Source of the DNA: an uncultured delta proteobacterium
GTDB lineage: Bacteria; Desulfobacterota; Binatia; Binatales; Binataceae
NCBI GenBank assembly: GCA_963710425.1
Contig: CAVQAR010000009.1
Coordinates: 134,539-198,538, forward strand
Direction of reading: 5' to 3'
DNA length: 64,000 nucleotides
The notes beneath the pieces were generated by a model, which did not search any database, was not told the origin of the DNA, and worked only from the letters and a program-made list of their open reading frames with translations. The position numbers and the translations under genes are program-made. This document shows positions 39,754-50,072 of the stretch, one piece after another (the first letter of the stretch is position 1; each line of letters begins with the position of its first letter).

Positions 39754-41004
39754 TTATCTGACCGCGCGCAGCCGCGACGGTTTATCCGCACGGCCCGACT
39801 TCGGTTTGCCAGCGCGGATTGCGACGATTCGATCGAGGATCAGGTCCGCGACCGCGTCTTTCGACATTTGTGGATGGCTCTGGGAGCTACCGTCCGCGCC
39901 GATGAGCGTGACGATATTGGTATCGACTTCGAAGCCGGCGCCCTCGCGGGTCACGTCGTTGGCGACGATCAAATCGAGGCCTTTGCGTTTCAACTTGGCG
40001 CGTGCGTTGGCTTCGAGATCGTCGGTCTCGGCCGCGAATCCAATCAGAATGCGCGCGCCCTTCTTCGCCGCAATGCGCGGCATCTCGTCCGCGATCGATT
40101 CCATCTCGAGTCGAAGACCGCGCGCGTCTTTCTTGACCTTGCCGCTGGCCGGATTCGCGGGACGGAAATCCGCCACCGCCGCCGCCATCACGAGCGCGGT
40201 TGACCACGCAAAATTGCTCGACGTTTGCGCCAGCATCGCGTGCGCCGTCACCGTGTCGATTCGCTCGACGCCATAAGGCGTCGCGAGCGCCGATGGACCC
40301 GCGACGATTCGCACGGCTGCGCCGCGACGCCATGCCGCGCGCGCAATCGCAAAACCCATCTTGCCCGACGAACTATTCGAGACGAATCGCACCGGGTCGA
40401 TCGGCTCTCGCGTAGGCCCCGCCGTCACCAGGATGTTTTCGCCCGCAAGGTCCTGCGCGGAGAGCATCTTCTCGATTTCCGCGACGACGATGGCGGGGTC
40501 CGGGAGCCGGCCCTTGCCTTCGTAGCCGCACGCGAGCGCACCCTCGCTGGGCTCGATAATCACGGCGCCGCGCGAACGCAGTTTGTCAAGGTTCTCCGCA
40601 ACGGTCGGATGATCGTACATGTGCACATTCATCGAGGGCGCGAACGCTACTTTGGCGCGGGTCGCGAGCAGCACGGTGGTCACGATGTCGTCGGCGATGC
40701 CGACGGCGGCCTTGGCGATCACGTCGGCCGTCGCGGGCGCGATCACGATTGCGTCGGCGCTGTCGGCGAGTCGAATGTGCCCGATCTCCGATTCCTGCGT
40801 GAGCGAGAACGTGTCGGTAGCGACCGGATTCGAGCTGAGCGTCTGCAGCGTAAGCGGCGTGATGAACTCGGTCGCGTTGCGCGTCATCATGATGCGAACA
40901 TTCGCGCCCGCATTGACCAGCAGGCGCACCAGTTCCGCGGATTTGTAAGCGGCAATTCCGCCACTCACGCCGAGCACGATTGTTTTGTCGTTAAGCACGC
41001 CCAT
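39754..41004 (-). CDS. coaBC: bifunctional phosphopantothenoylcysteine decarboxylase / phosphopantothenate-cysteine ligase
   Basis: 416 aa: [10 protein letters not shown] flavoprotein motif, [33 protein letters not shown]. Confidence 0.95.
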   Translation of the reverse strand: MGVLNDKTIVLGVSGGIAAYKSAELVRLLVNAGANVRIMMTRNATEFITPLTLQTLSSNPVATDTFSLTQESEIGHIRLADSADAIVIAPATADVIAKAAVGIADDIVTTVLLATRAKVAFAPSMNVHMYDHPTVAENLDKLRSRGAVIIEPSEGALACGYEGKGRLPDPAIVVAEIEKMLSAQDLAGENILVTAGPTREPIDPVRFVSNSSSGKMGFAIARAAWRRGAAVRIVAGPSALATPYGVERIDTVTAHAMLAQTSSNFAWSTALVMAAAVADFRPANPASGKVKKDARGLRLEMESIADEMPRIAAKKGARILIGFAAETDDLEANARAKLKRKGLDLIVANDVTREGAGFEVDTNIVTLIGADGSSQSHPQMSKDAVADLILDRIVAIRAGKPKSGRADKPSRLRAVR

Positions 41005-41060
41005 CGAGTCCTGATTCTAGTGCGGCGCGCGGACGGTTGAAACGGCCTGCGGATCGACTG

Positions 41061-42380
<1,320 letters not shown>

Positions 42381-42399
42381 ACTTCAGAGCTCCTTGGGG

Positions 42400-42735
42400 T
42401 CAGCCCTTTCGAAATCGCGAAGGATATTCGGCGCCGAAGGTTTGATCGGGATGCAGCACGCGGGCGCGCTCGATCAGCACCTCTTCGGTCTCGGGAATGT
42501 TGGGATCGGGGATGCAACAATCGACCGGGCATACCGCCGCGCATTGTTCCTGATCGAAGAAGCCGACGCATTCGGTGCACTTGTCGGGGACGATGAAATA
42601 GATGTCTTCTTTGATTGCGGGCTTGGTCGCGCCGTTGAGTTCCCATTGCGCGCCGCCTTCGTAAATCGCGGTGTTGGGGCATTCCGGCTCGCAGGCACCG
42701 CAGTTGATGCATTCTTCTGTTATCAGCGTGGACAT
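42400..42735 (-). CDS. 4Fe-4S dicluster ferredoxin (YfhL-like)
   Basis: Start trimmed to [24 protein letters not shown]. Second cluster is [21 protein letters not shown]. Confidence 0.85.
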   Translation of the reverse strand: MSTLITEECINCGACEPECPNTAIYEGGAQWELNGATKPAIKEDIYFIVPDKCTECVGFFDQEQCAAVCPVDCCIPDPNIPETEEVLIERARVLHPDQTFGAEYPSRFRKG

Positions 42736-42839
42736 TTTCGCGCTCCGAAAGAGGTCCTGGATTCGAGGAAGCAATCGGACCGAACGGCAACAATATCGGC
42801 GCGTGGCAGGTGGAGCAAGTATTTCAAATCGCTAATCGG

Positions 42840-43958
42840 TCAGTCGGCGACAGTGTTTGCGATACGCCGCGCGAGTTCCAAAAACGCAATGCTCGCGGGA
42901 TGCGCAGGGTTCGCGACCACGATCGGCATGCCGTCGTCGCCCGCCTGACGCACGTCGGGATAGATCGGAATCCGCGCAAGCAGATTGGTCCCTTCTTCAG
43001 CGGCCATGCGCTCGCCACCACCGTAACCAAAGAGTTCGTCGCGCTCACCGCAATCGGGACAGACGAAATAGCTCATGTTCTCGACCACGCCAAGAATCGG
43101 GCAATGGACCTGGCGAAACATCTTGACCGCGCGGGTCGCGTCGAGCAGCGCCACGTCCTGTGGCGTGGTGACGATCACACAGCCGTCGAGCGAGACTTGC
43201 TGCGCGAGCGTCAACTGCGCATCGCCGGTGCCGGGCGGAAGATCGACGATGAGAAAATCCTGGCTGCCCCACAGCGTGTCCTTCAGGAATTGCCGCACCG
43301 CGCCCATCACCATCGGTCCGCGCCAGATAACCGGCGCCTTCTCGCCGAGAAAAAACCCGATCGAGATCAGCTTCACGCCGTACTTTTCGATTGGATAAAA
43401 GTTCTGCCCGCCCGCCGACTTCGGCCGCTCGTCACCGACGTTGAACATCATCGGCACCGAGGGCCCATAGATATCCGCGTCGAGCAGCCCGACGCTGAGC
43501 CCCAATCGCGCCAACGCCACCGCGATGTTCGCCGCGACGGTGGATTTGCCCACGCCGCCCTTGCCGCTGCCAACCGCGATGATGTGCTTGGTGCCTTCGA
43601 GCCGGACGCGCCCGGTCTTCTCGCCAAGCTCGGCTTCAATTCGATGCACTCGAAGCTCGACGCTGGGCACTCCAAGATCATGCGTCAGCGCCTGATGAAT
43701 ACTCGCCGCCAACTCGCGAATCACTTCGTCGCGCTCGGTAACCTGCCGAAGAGTGATCGCGTAGCCGCCATTCGGCGTCGGTTGCGCATCCTCAACCAGC
43801 CCAAGCGCCACAATGTCAGTGGAGTATCCGGGATACTTTACGTGTCCGAGCGCCTCGATAACCGCATCGTTTGCTACTTGTCGTGCCACTAATTCGAGTA
43901 TCGCAGATGCATTAGCTGCTCGAAAGTATCGGGTGTTGATCCAAGGATTCGTTGACAA
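42840..43958 (-). CDS. apbC: Mrp/ApbC/NBP35-type iron-sulfur cluster carrier ATPase
   Basis: N-terminal DUF59-like region, deviant Walker A GSGKGGVGKST, DLPPGTGD, and CPDCG. Confidence 0.9.
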   Translation of the reverse strand: MSTNPWINTRYFRAANASAILELVARQVANDAVIEALGHVKYPGYSTDIVALGLVEDAQPTPNGGYAITLRQVTERDEVIRELAASIHQALTHDLGVPSVELRVHRIEAELGEKTGRVRLEGTKHIIAVGSGKGGVGKSTVAANIAVALARLGLSVGLLDADIYGPSVPMMFNVGDERPKSAGGQNFYPIEKYGVKLISIGFFLGEKAPVIWRGPMVMGAVRQFLKDTLWGSQDFLIVDLPPGTGDAQLTLAQQVSLDGCVIVTTPQDVALLDATRAVKMFRQVHCPILGVVENMSYFVCPDCGERDELFGYGGGERMAAEEGTNLLARIPIYPDVRQAGDDGMPIVVANPAHPASIAFLELARRIANTVAD

Positions 43959-43994
43959 CCCGCGCGGGTCGGTGGAGATAATGAAACCACTCTG

Positions 43995-44162
43995 ATGAAA
44001 ACTCGCTCATACATCGTGAACGCTTTCTGGGACCCGGAAGCCAAGGTCTGGGTTGCCACGAGCGACGACGTTCACGGAATCGCCACCGAGGCAGGTGACG
44101 TTGACAAACTTGTAAAGAAACTCCGCGTCATGATTCCAGAGCTCCTCGAAGCCAACGGATAA
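43995..44162 (+). CDS. DUF1902 (HicB-like fold) small protein, 55 aa, absent from the ORF track
   Basis: ATG 43995 to TAA 44160..44162 translates to MKTRSYIVNAFWDPEAKVWVATSDDVHGIATEAGDVDKLVKKLRVMIPELLEANG. This matches the DUF1902 pattern (WDeEAgVWvAtSdDvpGL.tEa.t...L..kl...ipELL) as I recall it. Confidence 0.65.
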   Translation: MKTRSYIVNAFWDPEAKVWVATSDDVHGIATEAGDVDKLVKKLRVMIPELLEANG

Positions 44163-44178
44163 GCGCGACCTTTCCCTC

Positions 44179-44974
44179 TCACGGCTTCGTCGCTTTGATC
44201 GAAAAAATTGTTGGGATTGGGTCGCCCTCGATATGCCAGAGGCCGTCGCCGGCCTGCTTCATGAACGGGAAATGCTGATAGATGCATTCGGCGAACTCGT
44301 GCAGGTATTCGATTCGCAGTCCCGTCGCTGCGAGCGCACTGACGATGTCGCCAAGCCGATACATCCATTCGTGCGTCTCCGAGACCGTCTTGCCGTGGTC
44401 GGAATAATCGGGACCGGGCGGGTCTTCGCGCATCGCGGTGTGGAAGTATGAGATCTCGAACTCCAGCTTAGTGGTGCCCGCGCGATTCGCGCTCATCTGG
44501 GTGAGCGGATGGAACTCCGCGATATAGAAGAAGCCGCCGGACTTTACAAAACTCGCCGCTATCTCGGCCCATCGCTTGATATCAGGCAGCCAGCACAGCG
44601 CGCCGTACGACGTGAACACGATGTCGAATTGCTCGTGCAGGACGCTTGGGAGCGTCGTAGATGTTGGATTGGATAAATCTCGCCGGAATTTTGAGCTCGT
44701 CGCTGATCGAACGTGCAAGTGCGATCGCCTTGTCGGAAAAATCCACGCCGGTGACGTTGGCGCCCATGCGCGCCCACGACATTGTGTCGAGTCCGAAATG
44801 GCACTGCATGTGCAGCAGTGACTTGCCGCGAGCGTCACCGACTTCGCACAACTCGATCGGTTTGAGGACGTTCTCGCCCGCCTTAAACTCCGCCAGCCGG
44901 TACTCTGGCGACGCCGCGTGATATCCGGTCATCAGGTTCCAGGCGTCGAGGTTCGCTTTGAGCCGCTCGTCCAT
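44179..44974 (-). CDS. class I SAM-dependent methyltransferase, frame disrupted
   Basis: N-terminus from ORF 44582..45238 (MDERLKANLDAWN...SLLHMQCHFGLDT...VTGVDFSDKAIALAR...FIQSNIYD). Continues in ORF 44179..44838 as LPSVLHEQFDIVFTSYGALCWLPD. Indel near 44648..44658. Confidence 0.75.
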
Positions 44975-44982
44975 CGTGGCTG

Positions 44983-45402
44983 CTAGGGCGCCTCCTGGCT
45001 GTAGTCCCACGAGACGGTGTGCGACGGCTTGAAGGTCACGACCGCGACCTTGTTGCCCTTGAGCGACTTCGCGTACGCCTTGCCGAGTTTCTTGCCGAGG
45101 TACTCGACCGCCATTCGCTCGGTGCGTTTGTCGTCGATTTTTTCTTCGAGCGTGGCGCGACCCTTCAGCACGACGGTTTTGTACGGCGCCTTCTTGGTAT
45201 CGACCACCAGCGTGACGCGTGGATCGCGCACCATGCATTTGTATTTGAATGACTCAGGGGCGGTATGAAACACGACTTGGCCGTCGGCGTACTCGTACCA
45301 GGTCGGCACGGCATGCGGCGCGCCGTCGGGCGCGGTGACCGCGACCACCGCGACGATCGGTTTCTTGAGCAGCTTCTCGATATCTTTTTTCTTCATCGGC
45401 AT
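44983..45402 (-). CDS. pyridoxamine 5'-phosphate oxidase (PPOX) family protein, possibly F420-dependent
   Basis: 139 aa: VAVVAVTAPDGAPHAVPTWYEYADGQVVFHT...DPRVTLVVD. Typical PPOX-class split-barrel pattern. Confidence 0.7.
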   Translation of the reverse strand: MPMKKKDIEKLLKKPIVAVVAVTAPDGAPHAVPTWYEYADGQVVFHTAPESFKYKCMVRDPRVTLVVDTKKAPYKTVVLKGRATLEEKIDDKRTERMAVEYLGKKLGKAYAKSLKGNKVAVVTFKPSHTVSWDYSQEAP

Positions 45403-45447
45403 CGGGACGAGGTCTCCTGTAGCGGCGCGGCAAGTCTAAGTCACCTT

Positions 45448-46248
45448 TTACCGGCCCTTGAAATTTGGTTTTTGTTTTTCACGGAACGCGCGGATACCCT
45501 CTCGCACGTCCTCGGACGGATTCGTGATCATCACGTTGAGCGCGGCGTCCTCGAGCGCGTTCTCGAGCGTCATCTCGCGCTGCTTGTACATCATGCGTTT
45601 GGCCAGCCGGATTGCCAAGGGCGGTCCGTCCGCAAGCCGCCGCGCGAAGTCGTTCACGCGCGCCTCGAGTTCCGCGTGCGGCACCACTTCAGTCACCAGC
45701 CCGAGTTCGAGCGCGGTTTTGGCGTCATAGACTTCGGCCAGCAGCGTCATCTTGAGCGCGCGGTCCAATCCCATGAAGCGCGGGAACAGGTATGCGCCGC
45801 CTTCATCGCAGAGCAGCGCGAACTTGAGCGCCGTGTCGCCGAGCCGCGCCTGGTCCGACGCAATTCTGAAATCGCACGACAGCGCGAGCGTCAGTCCGCC
45901 TGCCACCGCCGCGCCATTAATCGCGGCGATAACCGGCTTGTCGAAGCGATGCAATGAAATCACGAGCTGATGGAATCCTTCGCGCATCTCGAGCATGTGT
46001 CCCATCGGATGCCCATGAAAGCGCGAGCGACTCTCCGGCGCGCCACTGATATCGCCGCCGGCGCAGAACGCGCGTCCGCTGCCGGTGATGATCAGCACGC
46101 GCACGTCGTTGTCCTGGCGGGCGAGATCGATCGCCGCGCACATGTCTTTGACCATCGTCTCGTTGTAGCCGTTCATCCGCTCGGGGCGGTTGATGGTGAT
46201 TTTCGCGATGCCATCGCGCGAACCATAGATGATTGTCTTGAAATCCAC
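45448..46248 (-). CDS. enoyl-CoA hydratase/isomerase family protein
   Basis: 266 aa: ITINRPERMN, GSGRAFCAGGDI, KPVIAAINGAAVAGG. Confidence 0.9.
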   Translation of the reverse strand: MDFKTIIYGSRDGIAKITINRPERMNGYNETMVKDMCAAIDLARQDNDVRVLIITGSGRAFCAGGDISGAPESRSRFHGHPMGHMLEMREGFHQLVISLHRFDKPVIAAINGAAVAGGLTLALSCDFRIASDQARLGDTALKFALLCDEGGAYLFPRFMGLDRALKMTLLAEVYDAKTALELGLVTEVVPHAELEARVNDFARRLADGPPLAIRLAKRMMYKQREMTLENALEDAALNVMITNPSEDVREGIRAFREKQKPNFKGR

Positions 46249-46285
46249 GGTTTATGCACCTCCTATGGGCTGCTCAATTCCCATG

Positions 46286-46617
46286 CAAAGTTGCGGGTCA
46301 TACTACCGGTTGTAGTTTTGGGACGAGCATACCACCAAGGGTAGTTTCGTTCCGTCAAATTTTGTTTTCGCGGAAGCGTTCCAGAGGACCTACTCACGGT
46401 CGAGTTTTTCGAGTGAGACGCGCGAGTGTGCTGCATCATGGGGATCGTTCTCCATAACCCATCGGTATGACACGTCGGCGGCTTCGGCATAAGGCCCAAA
46501 AGTTCATCCCCTGAAGCGGTCGAATTCAGACAAACTCAGAATGTTCCTGCGTCCGGCGCCTGTCACGACGCGCTATGCGCGAGATCCTTCGCTCCGCGGA
46601 CTGCGCTCAGGATGACG
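46286..46617 (+). repeat. dispersed element family F (copy 1), ending in a family C unit
   Basis: Collinear with 61707..62049. Shared blocks: TCATAC..GTTGT.GTTT.GG, ACCAC..GGGT.G.TTCGTTCCGTCAAA..TTGTTTT, GCGAGTTTT.GAG, GACG.GCGAGTG, ATAAGGC..A.AGTTCA.CCCTGAA, then ..CTCAGGATGAC. Confidence 0.75.
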
Positions 46618-46644
46618 GATTGCGGAGTTTGCGGATCAGCCTGT

Positions 46645-47448
46645 CTATCTACCCTTGAACGTTGGGGGGCGCTTTTCCAGGAACGCTTTGACGGCTTCGC
46701 GATGGTCCTCGGTGCGGCCGGTCATCGTTTGGCCCCACGCTTCGCGGTCGAGCAGCTCGTTGAATTCGTGATTCAGCGCCGCGTTGAGATTCGCTTTCAT
46801 GTAGCCGTAGGCAATCGTCGGACCGTTGGCGATTCGCGACGCGATCGCATGCACTTCGTCCTTGAACGACGCTGCCGGCACCACGCGATTCGCAAGCCCG
46901 ATTCGCAGCGCCTCGTCGGCGCCGATCACGTCGGCGAGGAAGTACAGTTCGCGCGCTTTCGCCGATCCCACCAGATGCGTCAGCGACCAGGTGCCGCCGT
47001 AGTCGCCCGAGAATCCAACCTTGGCGAACGCGGTTCCGAAGCGCGCCGCGTCGGACGCAATCCTGATGTCGCAGGCCATCGCCAGGCTCAAGCCCGCGCC
47101 GGCGGCAGGACCATTGACCGCCGCGATCGTGACCTTCGACATCTCGTGCAGCATCAACGACGCCTCTTCGCCGCGACGCAGGCCCGCGACGCGATCCTCG
47201 ATCGTCTGCGTCGCGCCACTGCCTGCGCTCTCGTTGCGCTCGCGCATCCCGCCGATATCGCCGCCGGAGCAGAATCCGCGCCCCGCGCCGGTCAGCACGA
47301 CGGCGCCGATTTCAGGATTGGTCGCGGCGCGCGACAGGTTGTCCACAAGCCCGCCCATCATCTCGGCGCTCATCGCGTTGAGCTTGTCGGGCCGATTGAG
47401 CGTGAGGTAGAGCACGCGATCTTTAACTTCGGTCAGCAGGTCTGCCAT
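46645..47448 (-). CDS. enoyl-CoA hydratase/isomerase family protein
   Basis: 267 aa: LTLNRPDKLN, GAGRGFCSGGDI, VTIAAVNGPAAGAG. Confidence 0.9.
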   Translation of the reverse strand: MADLLTEVKDRVLYLTLNRPDKLNAMSAEMMGGLVDNLSRAATNPEIGAVVLTGAGRGFCSGGDIGGMRERNESAGSGATQTIEDRVAGLRRGEEASLMLHEMSKVTIAAVNGPAAGAGLSLAMACDIRIASDAARFGTAFAKVGFSGDYGGTWSLTHLVGSAKARELYFLADVIGADEALRIGLANRVVPAASFKDEVHAIASRIANGPTIAYGYMKANLNAALNHEFNELLDREAWGQTMTGRTEDHREAVKAFLEKRPPTFKGR

Positions 47449-47482
47449 TTTAGGCCTCCAAAAAGTCCGTGTGACTCTGGTA

Positions 47483-48350
47483 CTACTTCACGCTCGCCAA
47501 TCTGTCGAGTGCTGCCGCGACCGCTTGGGTTCCGTCGAGGTCATGGCCGAGCGCTGATGCCGAGTTGAACATCGAGGCCATCAGCGAGAGTCCCGGGAGC
47601 GCGAGTCCTGATTGATGGGCCGTCTCAGTCACCAGACGCAGGTCCTTGCGAATCAGCTTGATGAAAAACCCGGGCCGATAATCGCCGGCGATAATTTTCG
47701 GACCGAGGTTCGACAACTGCCACGACCCCGCCGCACCGGCGCCAATCGCCTCGAGCACCAGCGACGCGTCGAGACCGCCGGCTTTGGCGAACTGAATCGC
47801 TTCTGCCGCCGCCTCGAGGTTGAGTGCGACCGCTATTTGATTCGCAAGCTTGGTCATCTGGCCCGGCGCCCGACGCGCCCATGTATGTGATCCTTTTTCC
47901 GAGCAGATCGAACAGTGGGCGCGCCCGCTCGAACGCGGCCGCATCTCCGCCGACCATAATCGCGAGCGTGCCGTCGCGAGCGCCCACGTCGCCACCCGAC
48001 ACCGGCGCGTCGAGGTAATCGACGCCGGCCAGTTTGAACCTCATCGCGATTGCGCGCTCTGCCGCCGGCGAAACAGTGCTCATATCGACGACGAGTTGCC
48101 CAGCCTTCAGCGCAGGCTCGATCTTCGCGACGGTCGCCTCAACGTCGGGAGTGTCGGGCACCATGATAAACACGACCTCAGCGCCTGCGACGCATGCCGC
48201 CGCGTCGGCGGTTACGATCGCGCCGTCAGCAGCCAGCGCGCGAGCTTTCTCAGGCGAGCGATTGAAGACGCGCACGCGATGGTGTCCGCCGAGCAGCCGC
48301 CGCGCCATCGGCGCGCCCATGATTCCAGTTCCGATCCATGCGATTTCCAT
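47483..48350 (-). CDS. NAD(P)-dependent 3-hydroxyisobutyrate dehydrogenase-family oxidoreductase, frame disrupted
   Basis: MEIAWIGTGIMGAPMARRL (Rossmann motif), DAPVSGG, MVGGD, ITYMGASGAG. The adjacent frame then reads QMTKLANQIAVALNLEAAAEA...RKDL (ORF 47483..47995). Indel near 47858..47870. Confidence 0.85.
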
Positions 48351-48380
48351 GTGGTGTTGCTCCTGAGAGAAACGCGCAAA

Positions 48381-48507
48381 CGCGCGAGATCCTTCGCTGC
48401 CCTCAGGATGACACAAGAAGACTGCTACAGGGCAAGGATCCTTTTTCTTAACACTGGGTGCAGGGGTCACCCCTGCCGGGAAGCGTGAAACCCGCGCAGG
48501 GTTTCAC
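48381..48507 (+). repeat. family C unit followed by a family B double hairpin
   Basis: CGCGCGAGATCCTTCGCTGCCCTCAGGATGACACAAG (48381..48417) and CTGGGTGCAGGGGTCACCCCTGCCGGGAAGCGTGAAACCCGCGCAGGGTTTCAC (48455..48507). Confidence 0.85.
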
Positions 48508-48673
48508 ATACGATTATTTCCTCTCTCCCCGGGAAATTGAGCCTGAAAGAGTCAAAAGTATCTGAACCGACACTTTATTTGTTCTATTCGTAACACTCTT
48601 GTTAACAAGTTGTCGCCATGAACTGGTCAAGCAGTCGATCTCGCGCTAAAAGATTGTTCGGGGAGACAATAAC

Positions 48674-48856
48674 TTGTTACGCATTAGACATAGCGCTGCG
48701 ACACTCTGCTACGGTTTTGCGTGGCTCTCGATGATGGCGTTGATCGCGATGGTCACGTTCGCTGAATTGCTGCTGGGCGAGGCCGCCGCCAGCGCCGACG
48801 CGCTCGATGCGGACACCGTCGCGCCTTTGAATATCGCCCGTCGCATTCCGCGCTAG
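48674..48856 (+). CDS. possible small hydrophobic protein (41 to 60 aa), very uncertain
   Basis: TTG-start track ORF; internal ATG-ATG at 48731 would give MMALIAMVTFAELLLGEAAAS.... AT-rich upstream region and a strong terminator downstream. No homology recognised. Confidence 0.3.
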   Translation: MLRIRHSAATLCYGFAWLSMMALIAMVTFAELLLGEAAASADALDADTVAPLNIARRIPR

Positions 48857-48877
48857 GGCGGCACCTTCCGAGTCCCA

Positions 48878-48918
48878 AACAGGGCGGCAGAGGGGAGCTG
48901 CCGCCCTGTTCCTCTTTC
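48878..48918 (+). terminator. Rho-independent-type terminator hairpin
   Basis: AACAGGGCGGCAG-AGGGGAG-CTGCCGCCCTGTT (13-bp stem) followed by CCTCTTTC. Confidence 0.55.
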
Positions 48919-48985
48919 AATCTTAGTGGCCGCGGTGGAAATCGAACATATCCATCAGATCGCCAATCGCCGGTGAGAAATACCG

Positions 48986-49920
48986 CTATCTTTGGCCAGT
49001 CCAATCGGCAGGCGCGACTGAGCGCCATCGCGCCCGAATCGCCTCATATTCCGCCGGTGGCAACGGTCCCGCGTTGGCGTGCTCGATATTCTGCGCGATG
49101 CGCTCGACTCGGGTCGTGCCGACAATCGCAGTGGTCACGCCTGCGGTGCCGAGCGTGAATCGAAGCGCGACCGCGACCGCGTCCTCGACCCCGCGATGTA
49201 AAAAATCGTAGTTGAGTTTCTGAAGTCGATCCCAATACGGCCGCGTGTACCAATCGCCGGGCGGCTGCTTGCCGTGACGCCACGCAGCGTTGGCGATCGG
49301 CCGCTTCACGATCACGCCCATCCCGCGCGCTGACCGCCTTTGGCAGTACGCGATCGATCGCCTCCTGGTCCGCGATACTCACCGAGATCTGCAGAGTATC
49401 GAACACGCCGCTTTCGACCGCGTACACGGCGTCGTCGGAATCGATACTGCATCCGATGAAGCGCGCCTGTCCGCGTTCGCGCGCTTTTTGGAGAACCTCG
49501 ATCACGCGGCCGTTTTTGAGCGTCGCGAGCGGCGGGCTGTGAAACTGCATCACGTCGATATGGTCGGTGCGCAGGTTCTTGAGACTGCGCTCGATACTCC
49601 GCGCGAGCATCGCGGGCTCCCAGTCCGGCGTCGCGTAACCAGCCCGCGCGTTCGGACGCAGAGCCAAGCGGCGCATGCCCGCACTTCGTCATCAGAACAA
49701 ACTCTGCGCGGCGATGGGCAATCGCCTTTCCAATCAGCGTCTCGCCGTCGGCATAGCACTCCGCCGTATCGATCACGTTGATCCCGGCGTCGAGCGCGGT
49801 ATTCAGAATTTTATCGACCGTCTTCTGCGCGACCGCCTGGTAACCAACCTCAGACCCGCCAAATCCAAGCGTACTGACTCGAAGCCCGGTCTTTCCCAAC
49901 GCGCGATATTCGATTGCCAT
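48986..49920 (-). CDS. aldo/keto reductase, broken into three frames
   Basis: N-terminus MAIEYRALGKTGLRVSTLGFGG...INVIDTAECY...FVLMTKCGH (ORF 49312..49920). Middle SIERSLKNLRTDHIDVMQFH...ARFIGCS (ORF 49044..49676). C-terminus GVIVKRPIANAAW...TTAIVGTTRVERIAQNI (ORF 48986..49321). Confidence 0.8.
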
Positions 49921-49977
49921 AAGTCTGGGAGAATATTGCGAGCGGACGAGCGAGGCAAAGATGAAAAAGTGGACCGC

Positions 49978-50072
49978 TGCGCGATTTCAAAAACCGGAAC
50001 CGGCTTCGCGTGCGCGAAGCTGTCCGAGATCCTTCCTGCCACTCGCGTTGCTCGCTCTGTCAGGATGACAAA
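49978..50072 (+). repeat. family G unit followed by a family C unit
   Basis: GCGCGATTTCAAAAACCGGAACCGGCTTCGCGTGCGCGAAGCTGTCCGAG is nearly identical to 61953..62002, then GATCCTTCC..TGTCAGGATGACAAAC. Confidence 0.85.
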
